A stretch of 64,000 bases of DNA from Escherichia coli (GCF_013122565.1 NZ_CP053258.1), one strand, 5' to 3'. Counted from the stretch's first letter, positions 12,570 to 24,307 are shown. Notes: generated from the sequence alone by a model not told the origin. Program-made: numbers and translations.

Positions 12570-14330
12570 ATGACGCAAACATTTATCCCCGGCAAAGATG
12601 CCGCTCTGGAAGATTCCATCGCTCGCTTCCAGCAAAAACTTTCAGACCTCGGCTTTCAGATTGAAGAGGCCTCCTGGCTGAATCCCGTGCCTAACGTCTG
12701 GTCTGTACATATTCGCGACAAAGAGTGCGCACTGTGTTTTACCAACGGTAAAGGCGCAACCAAAAAAGCAGCGCTGGCTTCTGCACTCGGTGAATATTTC
12801 GAGCGTCTCTCAACCAACTACTTTTTTGCTGATTTCTGGCTGGGCGAAACCATCGCCAACGGCCCGTTCGTACATTACCCCAACGAAAAATGGTTCCCTC
12901 TGACAGAAAATGACGATGTGCCAGAAGGGCTGCTCGATGACCGTCTGCGTGCTTTTTACGATCCGGAAAATGAACTGACCGGCAGCATGCTAATTGACCT
13001 GCAATCCGGTAACGAAGATCGTGGTATTTGCGGTCTGCCGTTTACACGCCAGTCTGATAATCAAACCGTTTATATTCCGATGAATATCATTGGTAACCTG
13101 TACGTTTCTAACGGTATGTCCGCTGGCAATACCCGCAACGAAGCGCGCGTTCAGGGATTATCTGAAGTTTTCGAACGCTACGTGAAAAACCGCATTATTG
13201 CTGAAAGCATCAGCCTGCCAGAGATCCCGGCAGAGGTGCTTGCGCGTTATCCAGCGGTGGTTGAAGCGATCGAAACACTGGAAGCGGAAGGTTTCCCGAT
13301 CTTCGCTTATGATGCCTCGCTTGGCGGTCAATATCCGGTGATCTGCGTGGTACTGTTCAATCCAGCTAATGGTACCTGCTTTGCATCCTTCGGTGCACAT
13401 CCTGATTTTGGCGTTGCACTGGAACGTACCGTGACCGAGTTGCTGCAAGGACGCGGTCTAAAAGATTTGGATGTGTTTACTCCGCCAACCTTCGATGATG
13501 ATGAAGTCGCTGAACATACTAACCTCGAAACGCACTTTATCGATTCCAGCGGTTTAATCTCCTGGGACCTGTTCAAGCAGGATGCCGATTATCCGTTTGT
13601 GGACTGGAGCTTCTCCGGCACCACGGAAGAAGAGTTTGCTACGCTGATGGCTATCTTCAACAAAGAAGATAAAGAAGTTTATATTGCCGATTACGAGCAT
13701 CTGGGCGTTTATGCTTGCCGCATTATCGTGCCTGGCATGTCCGATATTTATCCGGCAGAAGATCTGTGGCTGGCGAATAACAGCATGGGCAGCCATTTAC
13801 GTGAAACGATTCTTTCGCTCCCAGGCAGCGAGTGGGAAAAAGAAGATTACCTGAACCTTATCGAGCAACTGGATGAAGAAGGTTTTGATGACTTTACCCG
13901 CGTGCGTGAGCTATTGGGTCTGGCGACCGGGTCGGATAACGGTTGGTACACCCTGCGTATCGGTGAATTAAAAGCCATGCTGGCGCTGGCTGGTGGCGAT
14001 CTGGAACAGGCTCTGGTCTGGACCGAATGGACGATGGAGTTTAACTCATCAGTATTTAGTCCGGAACGCGCCAACTATTATCGCTGCCTGCAAACGTTGT
14101 TATTACTGGCGCAGGAAGAAGATCGCCAGCCGCTGCAATATTTGAATGCGTTTGTTCGCATGTACGGCGCAGATGCCGTGGAAGCCGCCAGTGCGGCAAT
14201 GAGCGGCGAAGCGGCGTTTTATGGCTTGCAACCAGTAGATAGCGATCTGCACGCGTTTGCTGCACATCAGTCGTTGTTGAAAGCCTACGAAAAGCTGCAG
14301 CGCGCCAAAGCAGCATTCTGGGCAAAATAA
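12570..14330 (+). CDS. ycaO: YcaO-domain protein (ribosomal protein S12 methylthiotransferase accessory factor)
   Basis: ORF track 12537..14330; ATG at 12570 (MTQTFIPGK...) gives 586 aa; stand-alone YcaO with no adjacent partner gene. Confidence 0.85.
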   Translation: MTQTFIPGKDAALEDSIARFQQKLSDLGFQIEEASWLNPVPNVWSVHIRDKECALCFTNGKGATKKAALASALGEYFERLSTNYFFADFWLGETIANGPFVHYPNEKWFPLTENDDVPEGLLDDRLRAFYDPENELTGSMLIDLQSGNEDRGICGLPFTRQSDNQTVYIPMNIIGNLYVSNGMSAGNTRNEARVQGLSEVFERYVKNRIIAESISLPEIPAEVLARYPAVVEAIETLEAEGFPIFAYDASLGGQYPVICVVLFNPANGTCFASFGAHPDFGVALERTVTELLQGRGLKDLDVFTPPTFDDDEVAEHTNLETHFIDSSGLISWDLFKQDADYPFVDWSFSGTTEEEFATLMAIFNKEDKEVYIADYEHLGVYACRIIVPGMSDIYPAEDLWLANNSMGSHLRETILSLPGSEWEKEDYLNLIEQLDEEGFDDFTRVRELLGLATGSDNGWYTLRIGELKAMLALAGGDLEQALVWTEWTMEFNSSVFSPERANYYRCLQTLLLLAQEEDRQPLQYLNAFVRMYGADAVEAASAAMSGEAAFYGLQPVDSDLHAFAAHQSLLKAYEKLQRAKAAFWAK

Positions 14331-14661
14331 AATCAAATAGCCTACGCAATGTAGGCTTAATGATTCGTCTGAGTTATATTATGGGGCATTTTTTTAATGC
14401 CCCGCTTTACATATATTTGCATTAATAAAATAATTGTAATTATAAAGTTAAATATCGGTAATTTGTATTTAATAAATACGATCGATATTGTTACTTTATT
14501 TGCCTGATGCTCCCTTTTAATTAACTGTTTTAGCGGAGGATGCAGAAAAAATTCAACTCATTTGTTAATTTTTAAAATTTATTTTTATTTGGATAATCAA
14601 ACATTTACTCCGTATTTGCATAAAAACCATGCGAGTTACGGGCCTATAAGCCAGGCGAGAT

Positions 14662-14676
14662 ATGATCTATATCAAT
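14662..14676 (+). promoter_or_regulatory. Candidate FNR site in the focA-pflB control region
   Basis: aTGATctatATCAAt is one mismatch from the FNR consensus TTGAT-N4-ATCAA, inside the AT-rich 400 bp upstream of focA; TATAAT lies about 10 bp downstream. Exact promoter assignment not resolved. Confidence 0.45.
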
Positions 14677-14735
14677 TTCTCATCTATAATGCTTTGTTAG
14701 TATCTCGTCGCCGACTTAATAAAGAGAGAGTTAGT

Positions 14736-15593
14736 GTGAAAGCTGACAACCCTTTTGATCTTTTACTTCCTGCTGCAATGGCCAAAGTGGCCGAAGAGGC
14801 GGGTGTCTATAAAGCAACGAAACATCCGCTTAAGACTTTCTATCTGGCGATTACTGCCGGTGTTTTCATCTCAATCGCATTCGTCTTCTATATCACAGCA
14901 ACCACTGGCACAGGCACAATGCCCTTCGGCATGGCAAAACTGGTTGGCGGCATTTGCTTCTCTCTGGGGCTGATTCTTTGTGTTGTCTGCGGAGCCGATC
15001 TCTTTACTTCCACAGTGTTGATTGTTGTTGCTAAGGCGAGTGGGCGCATCACCTGGGGTCAGTTGGCGAAAAACTGGCTAAATGTCTATTTCGGCAACCT
15101 GGTCGGCGCACTGCTGTTTGTACTTTTAATGTGGCTTTCCGGCGAGTATATGACCGCAAATGGTCAATGGGGACTAAACGTCCTACAAACCGCCGACCAC
15201 AAAGTGCACCATACTTTTATTGAGGCCGTCTGCCTTGGTATCCTGGCAAACCTGATGGTATGTCTGGCAGTATGGATGAGTTATTCTGGCCGTAGCCTGA
15301 TGGACAAAGCGTTCATTATGGTGCTGCCGGTCGCGATGTTTGTTGCCAGCGGTTTTGAGCACAGTATCGCAAACATGTTTATGATCCCGATGGGTATTGT
15401 AATCCGCGACTTCGCATCTCCGGAATTCTGGGCCGCTGTCGGTTCTGCACCGGAAAATTTTTCTCACCTGACCGTGATGAACTTCATCACTGATAACCTG
15501 ATTCCGGTTACGATCGGTAATATTATCGGCGGTGGTTTGTTGGTTGGGTTGACATACTGGGTCATTTATCTGCGTGAAAACGATCACCATTAA
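14736..15593 (+). CDS. focA: Formate channel
   Basis: GTG start at 14736 (VKADNPFDLLLPAAMAKV...), 285 aa, in frame with ORF track 14562..15593; FNT-family membrane protein directly upstream of pflB. Confidence 0.9.
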   Translation: MKADNPFDLLLPAAMAKVAEEAGVYKATKHPLKTFYLAITAGVFISIAFVFYITATTGTGTMPFGMAKLVGGICFSLGLILCVVCGADLFTSTVLIVVAKASGRITWGQLAKNWLNVYFGNLVGALLFVLLMWLSGEYMTANGQWGLNVLQTADHKVHHTFIEAVCLGILANLMVCLAVWMSYSGRSLMDKAFIMVLPVAMFVASGFEHSIANMFMIPMGIVIRDFASPEFWAAVGSAPENFSHLTVMNFITDNLIPVTIGNIIGGGLLVGLTYWVIYLRENDHH

Positions 15594-15647
15594 TGGTTGT
15601 CGAAGTACGCAGTAAATAAAAAATCCACTTAAGAAGGTAGGTGTTAC

Positions 15648-17930
15648 ATGTCCGAGCTTAATGAAAAGTTAGCCACAGCCTGGGAAGGTTTTACCAAAGG
15701 TGACTGGCAGAATGAAGTAAACGTCCGTGACTTCATTCAGAAAAACTACACTCCGTACGAGGGTGACGAGTCCTTCCTGGCTGGCGCTACTGAAGCGACC
15801 ACCACCCTGTGGGACAAAGTAATGGAAGGCGTTAAACTGGAAAACCGCACTCACGCGCCAGTTGACTTTGACACCGCTGTTGCTTCCACCATCACCTCTC
15901 ACGACGCTGGCTACATCAACAAAGCGTTGGAAAAAGTTGTTGGTCTGCAGACTGAAGCTCCGCTGAAACGTGCTCTTATCCCGTTCGGTGGTATCAAAAT
16001 GATCGAAGGTTCCTGCAAAGCGTACAACCGCGAACTGGACCCGATGATCAAAAAAATCTTCACTGAATACCGTAAAACTCACAACCAGGGCGTGTTCGAC
16101 GTTTACACTCCGGACATCCTGCGTTGCCGTAAATCCGGTGTTCTGACCGGTCTGCCAGATGCTTATGGCCGTGGTCGTATCATCGGTGACTACCGTCGCG
16201 TTGCACTGTACGGTATCGACTACCTGATGAAAGACAAATACGCTCAGTTCACCTCTCTGCAGGCTGATCTGGAAAACGGCGTAAACCTGGAACAGACTAT
16301 CCGTCTGCGCGAAGAAATCGCTGAACAGCACCGCGCTCTGGGTCAGATGAAAGAAATGGCTGCGAAATACGGCTACGACATCTCTGGTCCGGCTACCAAC
16401 GCTCAGGAAGCTATCCAGTGGACTTACTTCGGCTACCTGGCTGCTGTTAAGTCTCAGAACGGTGCTGCAATGTCCTTCGGTCGTACCTCCACCTTCCTGG
16501 ATGTGTACATCGAACGTGACCTGAAAGCTGGTAAGATCACCGAACAAGAAGCGCAGGAAATGGTTGACCACCTGGTCATGAAACTGCGTATGGTTCGCTT
16601 CCTGCGTACTCCGGAATACGATGAACTGTTCTCTGGCGACCCGATCTGGGCAACCGAATCTATCGGTGGTATGGGCCTTGACGGTCGTACCCTGGTTACC
16701 AAAAACAGCTTCCGTTTCCTGAACACCCTGTACACCATGGGTCCGTCTCCGGAACCGAACATGACCATTCTGTGGTCTGAAAAACTGCCGCTGAACTTCA
16801 AGAAATTCGCCGCTAAAGTGTCCATCGACACCTCTTCTCTGCAGTATGAGAACGATGACCTGATGCGTCCGGACTTCAACAACGATGACTACGCTATCGC
16901 TTGCTGCGTAAGCCCGATGATCGTTGGTAAACAAATGCAGTTCTTCGGTGCGCGTGCAAACCTGGCGAAAACCATGCTGTACGCAATCAACGGCGGCGTT
17001 GACGAAAAACTGAAAATGCAGGTTGGTCCGAAGTCTGAGCCGATCAAAGGCGATCTCCTGAACTACGATGAAGTGATGGAGCGCATGGATCACTTCATGG
17101 ACTGGCTGGCTAAACAGTACATCACTGCACTGAACATCATCCACTACATGCACGACAAGTACAGCTACGAAGCCTCTCTGATGGCGCTGCACGACCGTGA
17201 CGTTATCCGTACCATGGCGTGTGGTATCGCTGGTCTGTCCGTTGCTGCTGACTCCCTGTCTGCAATCAAATATGCGAAAGTTAAACCGATTCGTGACGAA
17301 GACGGTCTGGCTATCGACTTCGAAATCGAAGGCGAATACCCGCAGTTTGGTAACAACGATCCGCGTGTAGATGACCTGGCTGTTGACCTGGTAGAACGTT
17401 TCATGAAGAAAATTCAGAAACTGCACACCTACCGTGACGCTATCCCGACTCAGTCTGTTCTGACCATCACGTCTAACGTTGTGTATGGTAAGAAAACTGG
17501 TAACACCCCAGACGGTCGTCGTGCTGGCGCGCCGTTCGGACCGGGTGCTAACCCGATGCACGGTCGTGACCAGAAAGGTGCTGTAGCGTCTCTGACTTCC
17601 GTTGCTAAACTGCCGTTTGCTTACGCTAAAGATGGTATCTCCTACACCTTCTCTATCGTTCCGAACGCACTGGGTAAAGACGACGAAGTTCGTAAGACCA
17701 ACCTGGCTGGTCTGATGGATGGTTACTTCCACCACGAAGCGTCCATCGAAGGTGGTCAGCACCTGAACGTTAACGTGATGAACCGTGAAATGCTGCTCGA
17801 CGCGATGGAAAACCCGGAAAAATATCCGCAGCTGACCATCCGTGTATCTGGCTACGCAGTACGTTTCAACTCGCTGACTAAAGAACAGCAGCAGGACGTT
17901 ATTACTCGTACCTTCACTCAATCTATGTAA
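15648..17930 (+). CDS. pflB: Pyruvate formate-lyase (glycyl radical enzyme)
   Basis: 760 aa [18 protein letters not shown]... with C-terminal glycyl-radical motif RVSGYAV. Confidence 0.98.
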   Translation: MSELNEKLATAWEGFTKGDWQNEVNVRDFIQKNYTPYEGDESFLAGATEATTTLWDKVMEGVKLENRTHAPVDFDTAVASTITSHDAGYINKALEKVVGLQTEAPLKRALIPFGGIKMIEGSCKAYNRELDPMIKKIFTEYRKTHNQGVFDVYTPDILRCRKSGVLTGLPDAYGRGRIIGDYRRVALYGIDYLMKDKYAQFTSLQADLENGVNLEQTIRLREEIAEQHRALGQMKEMAAKYGYDISGPATNAQEAIQWTYFGYLAAVKSQNGAAMSFGRTSTFLDVYIERDLKAGKITEQEAQEMVDHLVMKLRMVRFLRTPEYDELFSGDPIWATESIGGMGLDGRTLVTKNSFRFLNTLYTMGPSPEPNMTILWSEKLPLNFKKFAAKVSIDTSSLQYENDDLMRPDFNNDDYAIACCVSPMIVGKQMQFFGARANLAKTMLYAINGGVDEKLKMQVGPKSEPIKGDLLNYDEVMERMDHFMDWLAKQYITALNIIHYMHDKYSYEASLMALHDRDVIRTMACGIAGLSVAADSLSAIKYAKVKPIRDEDGLAIDFEIEGEYPQFGNNDPRVDDLAVDLVERFMKKIQKLHTYRDAIPTQSVLTITSNVVYGKKTGNTPDGRRAGAPFGPGANPMHGRDQKGAVASLTSVAKLPFAYAKDGISYTFSIVPNALGKDDEVRKTNLAGLMDGYFHHEASIEGGQHLNVNVMNREMLLDAMENPEKYPQLTIRVSGYAVRFNSLTKEQQQDVITRTFTQSM

Positions 17931-17972
17931 TTAGATTTGACTGAAATCGTACAGTAAAAAGCGTACAATAAA

Positions 17973-17998
17973 GGCTCCACGAAAGTGGGGCCTTTTTT
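17973..17998 (+). terminator. Rho-independent terminator of pflB
   Basis: ggctccacGAAAgtggggcc followed by TTTTTT, 43 nt after the pflB stop. Confidence 0.7.
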
Positions 17999-18121
17999 AG
18001 CACGAGAGCCTTTTTTGTCAGCTATCTATACTTTAAGGTGACTGCCAAAACAGACTCGACGTAGCCTTCGAGCTGCGCACCAACACGGCCTCAGATGGGC
18101 CACATCTGGAGAAACACCGCA

Positions 18122-18862
18122 ATGTCAGTTATTGGTCGCATTCACTCCTTTGAATCCTGTGGAACCGTAGACGGCCCGGGTATTCGCTTTATCACCTTTT
18201 TCCAGGGCTGCCTGATGCGCTGCCTGTATTGTCATAACCGCGACACCTGGGATACGCATGGCGGTAAAGAAGTTACCGTTGAAGATTTGATGAAGGAAGT
18301 GGTGACCTATCGCCACTTTATGAACGCTTCCGGCGGCGGCGTTACCGCATCCGGCGGTGAAGCAATCCTGCAAGCTGAGTTTGTTCGTGACTGGTTCCGC
18401 GCCTGCAAAAAAGAAGGCATTCATACCTGTCTGGACACCAACGGTTTTGTTCGTCGTTACGATCCGGTGATTGATGAACTGCTGGAAGTAACCGACCTGG
18501 TAATGCTCGATCTCAAACAAATGAACGACGAGATCCACCAAAATCTGGTTGGAGTTTCCAACCACCGCACGCTGGAGTTCGCCAAATATCTGGCGAACAA
18601 AAATGTGAAGGTGTGGATCCGCTACGTTGTTGTCCCAGGCTGGTCTGACGATGACGATTCAGCGCATCGCCTCGGTGAATTTACCCGTGATATGGGCAAC
18701 GTTGAGAAAATCGAACTCCTCCCCTACCACGAGCTGGGCAAACACAAATGGGTGGCAATGGGTGAAGAGTACAAACTCGACGGTGTTAAACCACCTAAGA
18801 AAGAGACCATGGAACGCGTGAAAGGCATTCTTGAGCAGTACGGTCATAAGGTAATGTTCTAA
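18122..18862 (+). CDS. pflA: Pyruvate formate-lyase activating enzyme (radical SAM)
   Basis: ATG at 18122 ([23 protein letters not shown]...), 246 aa; radical-SAM CxxxCxxC motif CLMRCLYC. Confidence 0.95.
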   Translation: MSVIGRIHSFESCGTVDGPGIRFITFFQGCLMRCLYCHNRDTWDTHGGKEVTVEDLMKEVVTYRHFMNASGGGVTASGGEAILQAEFVRDWFRACKKEGIHTCLDTNGFVRRYDPVIDELLEVTDLVMLDLKQMNDEIHQNLVGVSNHRTLEFAKYLANKNVKVWIRYVVVPGWSDDDDSAHRLGEFTRDMGNVEKIELLPYHELGKHKWVAMGEEYKLDGVKPPKKETMERVKGILEQYGHKVMF

Positions 18863-18872
18863 TTTCCCCGTA

Positions 18873-18906
18873 AAGCGGCAACTTTATTGAGTTGCCGCTT
18901 TTTTAT
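18873..18906 (+). terminator. Terminator after pflA
   Basis: aagcggcaactTTATTGagttgccgctt followed by TTTTAT. Confidence 0.6.
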
Positions 18907-18943
18907 TCCGCGCTTCATTCTGCTACAGCGTTTTTAACACATT

Positions 18944-19534
18944 TTATAGTGCATCTACCATATCCCGTACCTGAGATAATAACGACTGATAATAGCTCGC
19001 ATGAAGTTCTTGCCCATCGAATACCACTGTATTACACAAGAAAGTGACATCGGCATCTTCAATACCAAGATAACTGCACATATTTATCAAATAATCGCTT
19101 ATATTTTTTTCCCAGCCCATCTGGACAAATGATTCTTTGTCTCCTCCAACCAGCGCCACCCAACGAACTTTATTGAATGGTAATTTGTGCCCATCTCCAT
19201 AAGCCAGCCCATTATTCCATACTCTGTCAATATATCCTTTTAGCATTGCCGGGAAGCTGTACCACCAGAGAGGAAAAACCACCACTAACGTGTCATGTTC
19301 AAGCAGCTCTGAATAAAGCTGATGAACCTCTGGAGAATAACGTTTATCCATATTCTTCCAGTCTGGTTCATCTTCTGGCGTCATCACCGGGTTGAAATTA
19401 CGCCGATATAAATCGAGTTCCGTCACCTGTATTTTCCGCTCCATTGCCCGCTGATGGATCGCATCAGCAATATGTGCGGTCAATGAATCATGACGAGGAT
19501 GGGCCCATACCAAATAAATACGTTCAGACTGCAT
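18944..19534 (-). CDS. ycaK: Flavodoxin-like NAD(P)H dehydrogenase (quinone) family protein
   Basis: 196 aa ORF MQSERIYLVWAHPRHDSLTAH...; KefF/MdaB-like fold by recall. Confidence 0.8.
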   Translation of the reverse strand: MQSERIYLVWAHPRHDSLTAHIADAIHQRAMERKIQVTELDLYRRNFNPVMTPEDEPDWKNMDKRYSPEVHQLYSELLEHDTLVVVFPLWWYSFPAMLKGYIDRVWNNGLAYGDGHKLPFNKVRWVALVGGDKESFVQMGWEKNISDYLINMCSYLGIEDADVTFLCNTVVFDGQELHASYYQSLLSQVRDMVDAL

Positions 19535-19633
19535 AATTTTACCTCCACGTTAAGTTCTGGAGCGCACTTTACGCAGGCGGCATAATCATGTAAACGTGAT
19601 GATTCAGGATGAGTTAATGAAGGATTTTCACTA

Positions 19634-20542
19634 ATGCGGATGAATATGTCTGACTTTGCCACTTTCTTTGCTGTGGCCCGTAATCAAAGCTTTCGTGCAG
19701 CGGGCGATGAGTTAGGCTTATCCTCGTCCGCCATTAGCCATAGTATTAAAACACTGGAACAACGTCTTAAAATTCGCTTATTCAATCGGACAACCCGAAG
19801 CGTATCGTTAACGGAAGCGGGTTCTAATCTCTATGAACGATTGCGCCCAGCTTTCGACGAAATTCAGATCATGTTAGATGAAATGAATGATTTTCGTCTG
19901 ACACCGACAGGAACGCTCAAAATCAATGCCGCCCGGATAGCTGCACGTATATTTTTAATGCCTTTACTGGTTGGTTTCACACGTGAATATCCTGATATTA
20001 AAGTCGAGCTCACAACTGACGACTCTCTTATCGATATCGTCCAGCAGGGCTTTGACGCTGGCGTTCGACTTAGTGGCATCGTCGAAAAAGATATGATCAG
20101 CGTGGCGATCGGCCCGCCAGTGAAATTATGTGTAGCAGCAACGCCAGAGTACTTTACAAGATATGGCAAACCCCGCCATCCTCATGATCTGCTTAATCAT
20201 CAATGTGTTGTTTTTCGTTATCCCAGCGGTAAACCTTTCCACTGGCAATTTGCAAAGGATCTGGAAATTGCTGTCGCAGGGAATATCATTCTGGATGATG
20301 TTGATGCTGAACTGGATGCCGTTTTGATGGGGGCTGGTATCGGGTATCTGCTCTATGAACAGATCAAGGAGTACCTTGATACCGGTCGTTTAGAATGTGT
20401 ACTGGAAGACTGGATCACAGAGCGTCCAGGCTTCCAGGTCTATTACCCAAACCGCCAGTATATGTCCTGCGGCTTGCGCGCATTTCTCGATTATGTAAAA
20501 ACGGGCCAGATCTGCCAGAGTCAGCGTCACCGACCACAATAA
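19634..20542 (+). CDS. ycaN: LysR-family transcriptional regulator
   Basis: 302 aa ORF; N-terminal LysR HTH region (FATFFAVARNQSFRAAGDELGLSSSAISHSIKTLE...); divergent from ycaK. Confidence 0.8.
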   Translation: MRMNMSDFATFFAVARNQSFRAAGDELGLSSSAISHSIKTLEQRLKIRLFNRTTRSVSLTEAGSNLYERLRPAFDEIQIMLDEMNDFRLTPTGTLKINAARIAARIFLMPLLVGFTREYPDIKVELTTDDSLIDIVQQGFDAGVRLSGIVEKDMISVAIGPPVKLCVAATPEYFTRYGKPRHPHDLLNHQCVVFRYPSGKPFHWQFAKDLEIAVAGNIILDDVDAELDAVLMGAGIGYLLYEQIKEYLDTGRLECVLEDWITERPGFQVYYPNRQYMSCGLRAFLDYVKTGQICQSQRHRPQ

Positions 20543-21973
20543 TTATTTACTATTCGCTTTACGCGCCAGCAGCGGGAATATCAGTCCTAATCCTACCAGC
20601 ACAAACGGCGTTGCAACATTCAGCGCCAACTGGAAGGTCCACTCTGCAGTGAAGGCTTCCATTTTCGGGAAGATCCCCGTCAAACAGGCAAAGGCGGTAA
20701 AGGCAAAACACCAAATCCCGACGGTCATTGCCAGAGACTTATTACGAATAAAGACATATTCTGGTTTATATTTCTGCGCCAGGCGAACGACTGCAATAAA
20801 TGCAACAAATACCCATAAATAACGCAGCGGCATCACTACCGAGTTAAGATTCAACAGCCATTTATAGAGATTGTTCATATCACCGATGCCGAGAGTCGGC
20901 AGCATAATCAGGATCGCCACCAGCACCAGGGTCAGAAAATAGCCATTAACGGGCGTACCAGAAGCGTTGGTACGACATAAACTGGCAGGAATATATTTGC
21001 TGTCAGCGTCGCCTAATAGCACTTTAAGCGGGGCATCAATCGAGAATACCAGCGCAGCTACTTGTCCCAGGGTATTCGCAATGGCGTAAATCACCATTAA
21101 AGTATTCCCCATGTTGTAATACTCGCCCAGCTTCTGAAAGGCGTAATACTGACCGTTAGTCATTAAGTCATCCGGGATATTACGCGAGTCAAACATCATT
21201 CCCATCGCCAGTGAGCCCAGAATGGCACAAACCGCAACCATCACCGCCAGGCATAGCATCCCTTTTGGAAATTCTTTTCCTGGGTTGCGCGTTTGATTAA
21301 CGTAAGGAGAAATCTTCTCTGCTCCGCCAACCGCGAAAACCAGCATTGAAATAGTGGTAATGTAGGTAAAGTCGATATGAGGAATGAACGTTTCCCAGGT
21401 AATGTTTGTGGTCGCAATATGCACTTCAGTAATCGCAGGCGCGGTTACTGCCATCGCCACATACAGGAGCGACATAACAAACATCGCAATCCCTGCCACA
21501 GAACCGACGATTTTCAGCGATTTCATACCGCGTGAAGCAACCCACATAAAGAAGATAAACAGCACCAGCGTTAACCCCTGTAACGCTACGACTGAATATT
21601 CTTTGATTAGCGAACCGTCGCCTTTCATCGCCCAACCGAGCGCAATCAGAATTGCCTGGGGTTTTTGTGCCAGATAGGGAATATGCACCACCCAGTAGGT
21701 CCACGCGGCGAGATAAGCCAGTCCGGGTCCCATCGTGTGTTTAATCCAGGTACTGACCCCGCCCTTCCCATCTTTGAAGGTCGAGCCTAACTGTCCAACA
21801 ATTAGCGCATAAGGTGTGAAATAGAGCGCAAAGATAAACACCCATGAAAAAACAACCACCAGCCCCTGGTTGGCATAGTTATTAACAACATTGCCAAAAC
21901 CCCAGACAGTGATAAAAGACATCAGCGCAATGTTGTACCATCGCAGCTGTTTTTCCTGAACATTCCCAGCCAT
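20543..21973 (-). CDS. ycaM: APC-superfamily amino acid transporter
   Basis: ORF track 20543..22165; ATG at 21971-21973 (MAGNVQEKQLRWYNIALMSF...) gives 476 aa, about 12 TM segments. Confidence 0.8.
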   Translation of the reverse strand: MAGNVQEKQLRWYNIALMSFITVWGFGNVVNNYANQGLVVVFSWVFIFALYFTPYALIVGQLGSTFKDGKGGVSTWIKHTMGPGLAYLAAWTYWVVHIPYLAQKPQAILIALGWAMKGDGSLIKEYSVVALQGLTLVLFIFFMWVASRGMKSLKIVGSVAGIAMFVMSLLYVAMAVTAPAITEVHIATTNITWETFIPHIDFTYITTISMLVFAVGGAEKISPYVNQTRNPGKEFPKGMLCLAVMVAVCAILGSLAMGMMFDSRNIPDDLMTNGQYYAFQKLGEYYNMGNTLMVIYAIANTLGQVAALVFSIDAPLKVLLGDADSKYIPASLCRTNASGTPVNGYFLTLVLVAILIMLPTLGIGDMNNLYKWLLNLNSVVMPLRYLWVFVAFIAVVRLAQKYKPEYVFIRNKSLAMTVGIWCFAFTAFACLTGIFPKMEAFTAEWTFQLALNVATPFVLVGLGLIFPLLARKANSK

Positions 21974-22182
21974 AGACAAATCCTTCGCCAAAATTAAAGG
22001 GGCATCTGTAAAACGAGGGATTATGCGCGGCAAATAAGAAGTGCGGAAATAGCGAAATGCAAAATTATAACCTGCTGCACATTTTATTTTTAAACGAATA
22101 AAATTTGGAAAAAAGCAAGTCAGATAGAAGAAACAAAAAAGCAGAGTGTGAAACAGTAAGTTCACACTTTGCTTGAATTCAT

Positions 22183-23331
22183 TTACACGTGAGCAACGGG
22201 TTTCGGCGTATGACCGGCGTTGCGAAGCAACATCAGCAAATAGATAAACGATACGCTGGCGATCATGATAAACAATAAATTATCGGAGAAATTCTGCATT
22301 AGCATAGCGGTAAATGACGGGCCAAGCAGACTTCCCACGGTATAGCTCAACAGTAAGGCCTGGTTCATCGCCACCAGTTGATGATGTTCAACTTTCTCGC
22401 AAGCCCAGGCCATCGCCACCGGATATAGCGTAAAGCCAGCGGCACCGAGGATGAATAACGCTGGGGCCATCGCCGCCTGGCTAAGCATCGCGATACTGCC
22501 GAGAATGACGACAAAGACCTGAACACGCAACACCAGCAGTCGACCAAACTTATCCGCCAGACGTCCGATCGGCCATTGTCCGAGGATACCCGCACTGACC
22601 AGTACCGCCATCCAGAAACCAATGCTGGCATTGCTCACCCCTTTGTGATTGAGGTACAGCGGCATCAGGCCATATAGAGATCCCAGAACGATTCCTGAGA
22701 TAATGCAGCCATTCACGCCAAGCCGCGCCTGACGGAGTTTTAGCATTGACGTAATTGACGTCGAATCATGGTTTTCAGCCTGCTGATTCAGGACACGTGT
22801 AAACAACAGCGGTAAGATCCCTGCCAACGTCAAACCTGTAACCCACGGCAATACGCTCATCAGCTCGGTTGAGACTTTGCTGACCAGTAACTGGCCTAAA
22901 AATGTTCCCACGTAATAAACCATCATATACGCAGCAAGCAAACGCCCACGGTTACGTGACGTTCCACTGCACATCAGCGCGCTCTCAACGACTACCCAAA
23001 TCATGGCACAGCCGACGCCCGCGACAAAACGCCACGCCAACCAGCTCCAGAAACCAATCATCAGGCCAAGGCCGGCACAGCCAGCGGCAAAAATGAAGGA
23101 GGCCAGATAATAGCTGCGGTTAAAGCCAATGCGTTTAATGACATACCCTGTCAGCAATGTACCGACAAGGTTGCCGGTAAAATAGGATGAGCTGACAACG
23201 CCTACCTGCCATGTGGACATGTGTTCCTGGGCGAGCCAAAGCGGCACGAGTGTATTTAACACCGCGATCGCCAGAGTCAACAAAAGCAGGCCAGACAGCA
23301 AAAGCATGACAGGCCGGGTATACGTGGACAT
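22183..23331 (-). CDS. ycaD: MFS transporter
   Basis: 382 aa hydrophobic [26 protein letters not shown]... Confidence 0.85.
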   Translation of the reverse strand: MSTYTRPVMLLLSGLLLLTLAIAVLNTLVPLWLAQEHMSTWQVGVVSSSYFTGNLVGTLLTGYVIKRIGFNRSYYLASFIFAAGCAGLGLMIGFWSWLAWRFVAGVGCAMIWVVVESALMCSGTSRNRGRLLAAYMMVYYVGTFLGQLLVSKVSTELMSVLPWVTGLTLAGILPLLFTRVLNQQAENHDSTSITSMLKLRQARLGVNGCIISGIVLGSLYGLMPLYLNHKGVSNASIGFWMAVLVSAGILGQWPIGRLADKFGRLLVLRVQVFVVILGSIAMLSQAAMAPALFILGAAGFTLYPVAMAWACEKVEHHQLVAMNQALLLSYTVGSLLGPSFTAMLMQNFSDNLLFIMIASVSFIYLLMLLRNAGHTPKPVAHV

Positions 23332-23645
23332 GAATTAAAACCGTGAGGAAGTTCAAATTTCATGCGCATCATGCCACCGCCAAAAACATTGTCAATGGGT
23401 GAAAATACGCGCATATCGCAGCGGCGGTATTATCGATTTATATTACTCATTCATAACGCTAATGCTGAAGAGATGATTAGTCTCATCTGATTGTTTTTAT
23501 TGATCTAACACAAATTTCATACGCTTCGTTCAGTCGAAAAATTTCATGGTCACAGCAAACTCATATTTCCCGTCTATGCTTTCAGAGCAATGCATCGCGT
23601 CTGACCGATTTCAGACGTACCACTGACTCTCGAAAGGAGAAGAGG

Positions 23646-24272
23646 ATGACCAAACCGTATGTTCGTCTTGATAAAAATGATGCTGCCGTTTTGCTTGTTG
23701 ATCACCAGGCTGGTTTACTTTCCCTTGTACGGGATATCGAACCCGATAAGTTTAAAAATAACGTGCTGGCGCTGGGTGACCTGGCTAAGTATTTCAACTT
23801 ACCAACTATTCTTACCACCAGTTTTGAAACCGGTCCTAACGGCCCATTAGTTCCAGAACTGAAAGCACAATTCCCCGATGCACCTTACATTGCTCGCCCG
23901 GGCAATATTAACGCCTGGGATAACGAAGATTTTGTAAAAGCAGTCAAAGCGACAGGTAAAAAACAGTTAATTATTGCCGGTGTGGTAACCGAAGTTTGCG
24001 TGGCATTCCCGGCGCTTTCAGCCATTGAAGAGGGGTTTGATGTGTTTGTCGTGACTGACGCATCAGGGACCTTTAATGAAATTACCCGGCATTCGGCGTG
24101 GGATCGCATGTCGCAAGCTGGTGCGCAATTGATGACATGGTTCGGCGTGGCTTGCGAGCTGCACCGTGACTGGCGTAATGATATTGAAGGACTGGCGACG
24201 TTGTTCTCTAACCACATTCCTGATTATCGTAATTTGATGACCAGTTATGACACGTTAACGAAGCAGAAATAA
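23646..24272 (+). CDS. ycaC: Isochorismatase-family hydrolase
   Basis: 208 aa ORF MTKPYVRLDKNDAAVLLVDHQAGL...; cysteine-hydrolase fold with active-site Cys in VTEVCVAFP. Confidence 0.85.
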   Translation: MTKPYVRLDKNDAAVLLVDHQAGLLSLVRDIEPDKFKNNVLALGDLAKYFNLPTILTTSFETGPNGPLVPELKAQFPDAPYIARPGNINAWDNEDFVKAVKATGKKQLIIAGVVTEVCVAFPALSAIEEGFDVFVVTDASGTFNEITRHSAWDRMSQAGAQLMTWFGVACELHRDWRNDIEGLATLFSNHIPDYRNLMTSYDTLTKQK

Positions 24273-24307
24273 AAGAGAACCGGGGCCGAAACCCCGGTTG
24301 TTACTGA

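Noticed and set aside
15669-17921. 750-aa ORF on the minus strand fully overlapping pflB
   Set aside because: Its codons are the exact reverse complements of pflB codons. Highly expressed genes avoid TTA, CTA and TCA, so the codon-aligned antisense frame has no stops. The product is low-complexity with no start context: a codon-bias artefact.
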